DNA from: the human T2T-CHM13v2.0 reference genome, Homo sapiens
Assembly: GCF_009914755.1 (NCBI RefSeq)
Contig: NC_060947.1
Direction: 5' to 3' (one strand)
DNA: 64,000 nucleotides
In this document: piece by piece, positions 54,638 through 64,000 of the stretch
Layout: each line of letters starts with the position of its first letter
Position numbering within the stretch: the first letter of the stretch is position 1
Notes under the pieces: model-generated
What the model saw: only the letters and a program-made list of their open reading frames with translations
What the model was told of the DNA's origin: nothing
Database searches by the model: none
Made by a program: the position numbers and the translations under genes

Positions 54638-55235
54638 AGTATGCTGGCTTTTATTTTAAAATGGTTAGTCTTTGGAACAACGTAAGGCAAATGTGACTCC
54701 CTTGGCCAGGTCAGGCCTCGTGGGCATAGATCTGCGCAGTCACACAGGGACCTGTGCACACAAGGGTGCCATGCTGCTTTATTGCTGTGTTGCTGCCATC
54801 TTCAGATTCTTCATACAGTTGGAACAATGGGTCGCACATTTTCATTTTCACAGGCCCTCCCAAATTCTGGAGGTGGTCTGCACACCTGGTTTAGTTTTCT
54901 TTGAAAATACTTGAAGTTAAATCCTGTACCTGGAAGACAACAGAAGGGAATTGGCAGGAGGCTACGTGTATGGGTATCCCCACCATGACAAAAACAAGGG
55001 CCAGTTTTTACCTGTTTAGTGAACAGTCTCTGTGCAAATTGATATTTCAGTTTCTTTTCTCATCGCTATGGAAATTGATTTTTCATTTTCTGGTCGCTGT
55101 GGAAATTGATTTTTCATTTTCTTTTCTGGTCGCTATCAAAATTGATTTTTCATTTTCTGGTCGCTATGGAAATTGATTTTTCATTTTCTTAACTACTAGG
55201 TACTGATGATTGCAACTCTCATGTTTTACAAACAG

Positions 55236-55304
55236 GTGACCCAGCACCACCTAATGCCCCCAAACCAAAGCCAGATCCAAACCCCAACCGACCTGGTTTC
55301 ACTG
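55236..55304 (+). pseudogene. CD99P1: CD99 exon 5-like module, copy 1 (69 nt)
   Basis: acag|...|gtaaga; reads DPAPPNAPKPKPDPNPNRPGFT versus CD99 DPRPPNPPKPMPNPNPNHPSSS. Confidence 0.85.
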
Positions 55305-55897
55305 GTAAGAGCCTCTAACCCTACGGGTGGTCTCTATATTGTTTATTGTAACTTTATTTTATACTTATTCATAAGAATATTAATTCACATTTTCTCATGT
55401 TTTCTCATTTCTGTCATATGACATTTACTGACAAATACTATTCTATCTAAATATATAATAAAATACATTAATTCCTTTAATCCCTAATGTTGAAAACATT
55501 GTGTCTTCTGACATTTTAGAATTATGAATTACAAAGCCAATTTGAGTCAACTTTGTCTACTCTTTTTCATTCCTTTGAAGAGATTTCTGGCATTCAAATT
55601 GTCTAGATCAATGCTCATGAGTACTTTTATAGCTTTTAACCTGGTTGGTTGTTTGCCCCAGAATTGCACCAATTTGATTTGATACCAGGGTGTCTGCAAA
55701 TGTCCCTGTCTTCGAACCTTTTCCAGTAGCAATTATCACCTACAAAACCTTTGTCAAATAGTGTAATTATTATATCAAACCGGTCTTAGTTTTACATCTC
55801 TCATTCTGAAATGTAAAAAGCATAATGCATCCCAATGGGCCACGGAGACTTCTTCTTTTGTGTATTGGATGCTTTGGCTTTGATCCTTCAATTCATG

Positions 55898-56010
55898 GTG
55901 CCCGCCACCAGGCCCAGCTCATTTTTGTATTGTTAGTAGAGATGGGGTTTCACCATGTTGGCCAGGCTGGTCTCGAACTCCTGACCTCAGATGTTCTGCC
56001 TGCCTCAGCC
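55898..56010 (-). mobile_element. Alu fragment
   Basis: Alu middle/left-arm segment. Confidence 0.85.
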
Positions 56011-56339
56011 TCCCTACCTACTGATGTATGAGCCTTCTTCAGTGATTTATCAATATTAAAGATTACCAGCCACTTATTATGAAAATGGTTTTGCACTTTA
56101 TTTTTGCCTTTGAATATTTTTAACAGGAATGTTTTACAAGTGGTATGTTTATTTTTTTATGGTGTCTTATGTTTGTGTGGATATCCTGCTTTTTGTAACT
56201 TTTTTTCCTTTTAAATTGAGAATCATTTTGCTATTGTCCCTTCTCTTCAGAGAAGTAAAACCTTCTTTTTAATTTCATTTGAATTGTTTATCACCATAGG
56301 TTGATTGAAGGAATGGTAACACGTTTTCAATGTTGAGTT

Positions 56340-56654
56340 TTTTCTTTTATTTTCTTTCCTTTTTTTATTTTGGAGACAGAGTCTCTCTCTGTCGCCCGGG
56401 CTGGAGTGCAGTGGCGTGATCTTGGCTCAGTGCAACCTCCACTTCCTGGGTTCAAGCAATTCTCGTGCCTCAGCCTCCCAATTAGCTAGGATTACAAACA
56501 TGCACCACCATGCCCGGCAAATTCTTGTATTTTCAGTAGAGACGGGGTTTTGCCATGTTAGCCAGGCTGATCTTGAACCCCTGACCTCAGGTGATCCGCC
56601 CATCTCAGCCTCTCAAAGTGCTGGGATTACAGGTGTGAGCCACCATGCCGGCCT
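56340..56654 (-). mobile_element. Alu
   Basis: Alu consensus. Confidence 0.95.
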
Positions 56655-57369
56655 GAGCTTTTTCTTTGAGATTCGATTTGTCTCTTCCTCTTGTTGATTC
56701 TGTCAATGGGTTTCTAAAGTGTTTTTTCCTTGTTTTTGTTACTCTGAATCCATTTTCATGTCCACTATTTTTCTGTTTATTTCTGTCATGTAGAAGAGAT
56801 TGTGTATATATTTTTTGCAATCCATGAAATGATGACCCTTTGTTAAATTTCAATTTTTTTTCTCTTCATTTCTGACCTTTTCTAAGAAGTTGGTCATGTT
56901 ATTTGGTAATGGGTTTTTAAAATTTTCCCTGTTCCTAGATTTATACGTTCTCTTTACAGTTTATTTGTAATTTAGTTCTATGGCCTTTGCTAGAAGACTC
57001 AGGACAACTTTTAATATGTAGAGTTGTAAATATGGTAGACAACTTTTTTTCCAGACATTAGGACAAAAACCCAAAGAGATTCACCTTTAAATAAAATAAG
57101 TCATTTCAATAAGTGTCTTTCTCTTCTAGTATACTTTTTTTCTGAACACATAGGTTCTCATACCATGAGATTTCTTATTTCTATACAATGTATGTGAAAA
57201 ATCATGTGCTTTTTATTCATTGCTTGTGTATTTTAATATGGTTTTGAAAAAAAGATTCATTTTGATGTAGCCCCTCATGTTTCTTTCATTTGAGCCTCCC
57301 TTATCACTCCCAATATAAAATGTGCCTCGACCTTAATTGGGATTTGAAAAGCTTGGAACTAGAAGGCTG

Positions 57370-57707
<338 letters not shown>

Positions 57708-58168
57708 TTAGTTTGTGGAGCCCAGCTGGGTGGGTAGAGCCACTTTTCAGACACAGATCAGAATCCGTCAGTCACAGATCAGATCACAGTCACCTGCCCT
57801 ACCTCTTACGGTCTGTCTTGCTGAAGGTGTTGGGGACCTGGGAGGAGATAATGGGGAATCAACGGGACAGAGTTGTGTGCAGGCAGATTCAGAGTCCCAA
57901 CTGGGTCCAGGCAGCACAGTTGATTTACAAATGACATTCTTTCTCTCTCCCTCTTTCTCTTGCTGTCATCTCTTACTCTTTTCATCTGGGGGAAGAATGA
58001 TGTGAAAATGATCAGGAATTTACTTTTTCAAATGAGATCCTAGTCAGTGTGATATTCAGAAAAGTCTTTAGTCATGTGGGTCTCTGGTGATTTCTCCATC
58101 TGTTTCCGAGGTCATTCCTTCCTCATTTCTCAGAGCTTTACTGTGAACAGACCGATTCCTTCCTTTAG

Positions 58169-58213
58169 GGGCAGACTTTGACTTAGCAGATGCCTTTGGT
58201 GAGGGAGGAAACA
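58169..58213 (+). pseudogene. CD99P1: CD99 exon 4-like module, copy 2 (45 nt)
   Basis: tttag|...|gtgagt; reads GADFDLADAFGEGGN versus CD99 GDDFDLGDAVVDGEN. Confidence 0.85.
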
Positions 58214-58901
58214 GTGAGTAACTCGTTAAAGTCTCCTCTGTTGCTGATTTGTTATTGTCACCAAATGACTGTCATTTCCAAGAGACTTATCTCTTTTGCA
58301 TAATCCATGGATTGGGTTTATACAGTGGAAATATTGGAAGTATATGCCTTGTTGTGTTTTATTTTTGTTGTTGTTGGATTTTTGTTTTTTTTCCCACCAA
58401 TATGCTGGCTTTTATTTTAAAATTGTTACAGACTTTGGAATGATATAAGGCAAATGTCACTTCCCTGGCCAGGTCAGACTTCATGGGCATGTGACCTGTG
58501 ATGTCACACAGGGACCTGTGCATACAAGGGCACCATATTGGTGTATTACTCAGTAGCTGCCATCTTGAAATTCGTCATAAAATTGGAACAGAATCTTGCA
58601 TTTTCATTTTGTGCAGGGCCTCTCAAATTCTGGAGGTGGTCTGGACACCTGGCTTAGTTTTCTTTGAAAATACTTGAAGTTAAATCCTGTAGCTGGAAGA
58701 TGATGGAAGGGAATTGGCAGGAGGCTATGTGTATGGGCATCCCCACCATGACAAAAACAAGGGTCATTTTTTACCTGTTTAGTGAAAGGTCTCTATGCAA
58801 ATTGATTTTTCATTTCCTTTTCTGGTCGCCATGGAAATTGATTTTTCATTTTCTTGACTGCAAGGCACTGATGATCGCCAACTCTCATGTTTTACAAACA
58901 G

Positions 58902-58970
58902 GTGACCCAGCACCACCTAATCCCCGCAAACCAAAGCCAGATCCAAATCCCAACTGACCTGGTTTCACTG
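58902..58970 (+). pseudogene. CD99P1: CD99 exon 5-like module, copy 2 (stop codon, donor lost)
   Basis: DPAPPNPRKPKPDPNPN then TGA at 58955-58957 (CGA in copy 1); donor changed from GTAAGA to ATAAGA. Confidence 0.85.
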
Positions 58971-60963
58971 ATAAGAGCCTCTAACCCTACGGGGTGGTCT
59001 CTATGTTGTTTACCTGGCAGTGATGTCCGTGTCATCTGAGAAGAGGAGATTTCAGGTGAGCCTGTTCCTACTGTTGAATTACAAGGTAATTCCAGTGTTC
59101 AAGTAGTGGAAAACCTAGATTACGAAAATATGTTTTTGGTTTGGATTTTATTTTCCTTTTCTTGATTTTACTTCAAAGATAAATGGAACTTCCAAATCAT
59201 TGAATAAGAGCTTTTAGATGTAGACTTGATATGAGGAAAAGAATCTGTGTGTTTCCCATGGAGAAGCCAACTTGTTTTAAACAATTAGATTTTTACTGAG
59301 TGTTTTTCTTTACATGTTTGTTTAATTTTTAACACAGAAATCTATCCAGATGGTCTAAATCCTGTTGACATTTTTATGGTTTTTTGCTGGTTATGTTATT
59401 ATTGGCATAAGAATATTCCTTGACCATTTTCTCATGTCATTTAATCATTTGTATCATACGACTTTACATTATTATACTACAGACTTAATTACATACTTTG
59501 GTTTCTTTAAGTAATCCCTAATTCTGAAGTTATGTTTCTTCTGATGTTTTGGAATTATCAATTACAAAGCAAATTTGACTGCCCTTCATGCACTTTCCTT
59601 TATGTTTGAAGATATATTTCTAGAGTGCAAGTTGTTTACATCGATGTGTGTGAGTACTTTTGTAGCTTCTGACATGGTTTTGAAATTGCCCCAGAATTGC
59701 ACCAATTTATTTTGATGGCGGCGGGGTGTGCAGATGACCCTTTCCTCACACCGTCTCCGATATTGGTGTTCACCAAAACATCTTTATCCAGTAGTGCAAA
59801 ATGTCATGCTAACCTTGTCTTAGTTTCACGTCTTTAATTCTGAAACTTGAAACAAAAACAATGCATCAGTGGGCCATGGAGACTACTTCTTCTGTGTATG
59901 GGATACTGTGTCTTTTATTCTTCTATTCTGGTATGTCCTCCCTGATTTCTAGTCATTTTTGAATTATTTATAGACAGTAAACATTGCCCAATATATTATG
60001 AAAATGTGTTTCCACTTTATTGTTGCCTCTGAAAACATTTTGAACAGAAGCTTTTATAAGCAAGGCTTGAATTTTTCTTTTTTATGTTGTCTTAGGTTTG
60101 TGTGAGTTTCCACCTTTGTGTAACACATTTTTCCTTTTAACAGAACCATTTTATCACTGTCTCTCTTCCTTCTTGGGAAAAAGAAAACCATCTTTTTCTT
60201 TTCATTTGCATTACTTACAACTATGAATTGATTTATAGAGTGCTAAAATATTTGTAAAATCGAGCAGATTCTTCTGTGTGCCTTTTTCTCCTGGTGATTT
60301 ATTTAAATGGATTTCTAAGGTGTTTTCCCGTCAGTATTGATTTGTTTTGGTGAGTACGATTTTATGTGCGCTATTTGTCTCTCTGTTTCTGAACTATAGC
60401 AACATTTTTGTGCATTCTCTCTTACTCTCCACTGAATGATGAACCCTTGTGAACTTCCAATTGTTTTCTCTTCATTTCTTAATGTTTCTAAGAAGACCGA
60501 CATATTATTTGTAAGTGATTTTAAAATTTGTCTCCTTTTCTATGTTTTTTCGTTGTCTTCAGAGTGTCTTCCGAGTGCATTCGTATTTTTGTTGAATTGG
60601 CTTTGCTAGAGAACACATGATGGCTTTAAGTATGAGTGAAGAGAGTAGGCATTTTTTATTCCTGATTTCAAGGTAAAAACCTAAAGAGGTTCACCTGTAA
60701 ATAAAATAAATTGTCTTTACAAAACCAGATACTCATTCCAAGAAGATCTCTCTATTCTAGTATACTTTTTTTTCTAAACATACAATAGTATAGGTTCTCA
60801 TACTGTGAGACTTCTTATTTCTTTATACACAATATATTTGAGAAGTCATTGGTTTTTTAGTGATTACTAATGTACTGTTACATGGTTTTGAAAAGTGTTG
60901 GATTCAAAGTTTCCTTCATTTAAGCCTCTTTTTTCTCCCTTCCCCATATAAAAAGTTGATGAT

Positions 60964-61293
<330 letters not shown>

Positions 61294-61823
61294 TTAGAAC
61301 TGGAAGGCAGCCTCTGAAATTATCAAGAATGTCACAGCAGTTTGTGGAACACACCTGGGTGGGTAGACCCACTTTTTAGACACTCTCTAGCCCAAATCTG
61401 ATCACAGTCATTCTTCCTCACCTCTTAGGGTCTCCCTCACAGAAGGTGTTGGGGGCCTTGGACGAGATGTTGATGGGATGGGAATAAACAGGAGCAAATA
61501 ATGTGCAGGCGAAGTTGGAGTTCCTGCTCAGTCTGGGAGGAGAATTGATTTATGAATTTCTTTCTTTCTCTCTTTGTATCTATCTCTTTTTTCTCTCTCT
61601 CTCTCTCTCCCCCCAGCCACCTTCTGATCTCTAATCCATTCATGTGAGAGAAGAGTGATGTGAAAATGGTCAGCAATTTGCTTTTTCTGATGAGATCCTG
61701 GTGAGAGTCATGTTCAATAAAGTATTTAGTCACGTGGGGCTCCAGTGATTTCTCTGTTTACAAGCTCATTCCTTCCTCATTTTCTCAGAACTTTGGTGTT
61801 AACAGCCTGTTTCCTATTTGTAG

Positions 61824-61868
61824 GGGCTGACTTTGACTTAGCAGATGCCTTTCGTGATGGAGGAAATA
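61824..61868 (+). pseudogene. CD99P1: CD99 exon 4-like module, copy 3 (45 nt)
   Basis: tgtag|...|gtgagt; reads GADFDLADAFRDGGN. Confidence 0.85.
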
Positions 61869-62512
61869 GTGAGTAGCTCTTTAAAGTCTCCTCTCTTGCT
61901 AACTTGCTTATTATCGCCCAATTATTATCATTTGCAAGAGACTTACCTCTTGAGAATGATCAATGGAACTTGTTTGCACTGTGGAAACCTAGGGAGTAAG
62001 TGTGTTGTTGTCTGTTTTTGATGTTGTTGGACTTTTGTTTGTTTTTTTTTTAACCAGTCCACTTGCTTTTGTTGAGAAACTCCTACAGTCTTTGGAATGA
62101 TGTAAGGCAAATGTGACTCCCCTGGCCAGGTCAGCCTTCACGGGCATGCAGCTTGTGAAGTCACCCAGGGACCTGTGTTTACAAAAGCGCCATATTGGTT
62201 TACTGGTCTGTAGTTACCATGTTGCTCTTCTTCATACAGTTGAGACGAGGGGTCCCACATTTTTGTTTTGCACGGGACCTTGCCAACTCTGTCACTGATC
62301 TAGACACCTGCTTTAGTTTAATTTGATATTAAGCAATGTAGCCGGAAGATGATGGAAGAAAGTTGGCAGGAGGCTGTGTGTACGGTTATCCCTGTCATGA
62401 CAAGCAACAAGCTCCAACTTTTACCTGGTCCGTCAGCCATCTCTATGCAAATTGATGTTTCATTTCTTTACTCCAAGACACTCATGATTGCAACTCTCAT
62501 TGTCACAAACAG

Positions 62513-62581
62513 ACGACCCAGCACCTCTTAATTCACCCAAGCTGAAGCCAAATGCGAACCCTGAGCAGCCTGGATTCATTG
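62513..62581 (+). pseudogene. CD99P1: CD99 exon 5-like module, copy 3 (69 nt)
   Basis: acag|...|gtaagt; reads DPAPLNSPKLKPNANPEQPGFI. Confidence 0.85.
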
Positions 62582-63164
62582 GTAAGTGCTTCTCACTCTA
62601 TAGGTTGTCTGTATGTTGTCCACGGTAGAGTGGTATCCACATCAGATGGACGACAGGCTTTCAGATGAGCAGGTGCTTGCTATTGACTTTCTGTACAGTT
62701 ACTCCAGTGGGCAGGGAGTGAAATACAGTTTTCTGAAATAGATATTTGACTTGCGTTCTATTTTTAGTTTGCTGATTTTACTTCCAAGATTGTATGGAAC
62801 TTCTAAAACACTGAGCACAAGATTTTCTTATGAACTTGGTATAGAGAAAATGGCCTGTGCATTCCCTGTAGAGAAACTTGGGTGTTTTTGATGTTTTTGC
62901 CCTTGAATATTTGTATCAGCTATTTTGACACATGACAGCATTCTCAGGTAATCTGACTAGCAACTGTTTTTTGAACTGAATTGTTGTGAAACATTCAGGT
63001 TTTTAGTTCTTTTTTGTTTTTAATTTTTAACACAGAAACATAAATAATGTTCATATCCTCTTGGCATTGTGATGGTTATTTGCGCTTATATTTTATATAT
63101 CAGTTTAAATGAAGCAAACGTTAAGTAATAAAGCCAGTCTTTTGTTCATACTGCATTGTAACAT

Positions 63165-63484
63165 TATTATTATTATTTTTATTATTATTATTATTTGAGA
63201 TGGAGTCTCGCTGTGTTGCCCAGGCAGGAGTGCAGTAGCGTGATCTCGGCTCACGGCAACCTCTGCCTCCTGGGTTCAAGCAATTCTCCTGCCTCAGCTC
63301 CTGAGTAGCTGGGATTACAGGCATGCACCACCATGCCCGGCTAATTTTTTTGTGTGTATTTTTAGTAGAGACAGGGTTTCACCATGCTGGTCAAGCTGGT
63401 CTCGAACTCCTGACCTTAGGTGATCTGCCCACCTCGGCCTCCCAAAGTGCTGGGATTACAGGCATGAGCCACTGAGCCTGGCCT
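63165..63484 (-). mobile_element. Alu with (TTA)n tail
   Basis: Alu consensus. Confidence 0.95.
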
Positions 63485-64000
63485 ATTTTATACTTATTAA
63501 TAGTCACTGAACATTTGCTCATGTCATTTTATCATTTATATCATATGACATTTACTGTCAATTATATTCTATATAAATATATAATACATTAATTTATTTA
63601 ATCCCTAATGTTTAAAATATTGTGTCTTCTGACTTTTTAGAATTATGAATTACAAAGCAAATTTGAGTCAACTTCATCTACTTTTTTTTTTTTTATTATT
63701 CCTTTGAAGAGATTTCTGGCATTCAAATTGTCTAGATGAATGTATATGAGTCCTTTTATAGTATTTGACCTGGTTCGTCATTTGCCCCAGAATCGTCCCA
63801 GTTTATTTTGATGATGGTGTGTGCAGATGTCTGTCTTCACACCATCTCTATACTGGTTATCACCTGCAAAACCTTTGTCACATAGTGTAAGGATTATATC
63901 AAACTTGTCTTAGTTTCGCATCTCTAATTCTGAAATTTAAAAAAAAATAGTGCATTCCAGTTGGCCATGGTTACTTCTTTTGTGTATTGGATGTTATCCC

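Noticed and set aside
52510-55304. Possible restored CD99P1 reading frame (exon 1 plus unit 1 exons)
   Set aside because: Splicing exon 1 to the 43-nt exon gives CCG GGC TGA, an immediate stop

Overview
Primate, almost certainly human, genomic DNA that is very Alu-rich (roughly 55-60 copies by eye) and also carries L1, MaLR/ERV LTR, DNA-transposon and simple repeats. The right end holds the CD99-related pseudogene CD99P1 (MIC2R). It has a CpG island with a decayed CD99 exon 1, the MIR6089 hairpin, and three tandem copies of a unit carrying CD99 exon 4-like and exon 5-like exons. This places the window in pseudoautosomal region PAR1 of X/Y. The most striking item is missing from the ORF track because it is under 60 aa: an intact 42-codon minus-strand ORF (27124-27252) in a second CpG island. 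It encodes a predicted single-pass membrane microprotein, MQSLISPVTKAILVALFIFAILLILYVILWYICRDVDCDHGI. It has a GCC-ATG start context, 39/42 G/C-ending codons, an in-frame upstream stop and a downstream AATAAA, and it lies in the longest Alu-free stretch of the window. The long ORFs in the supplied track are artefacts of Alus, simple repeats or GC-rich islands. Repeat boundaries and subfamily names are by-eye estimates, and named loci are recognised from memory rather than by search.
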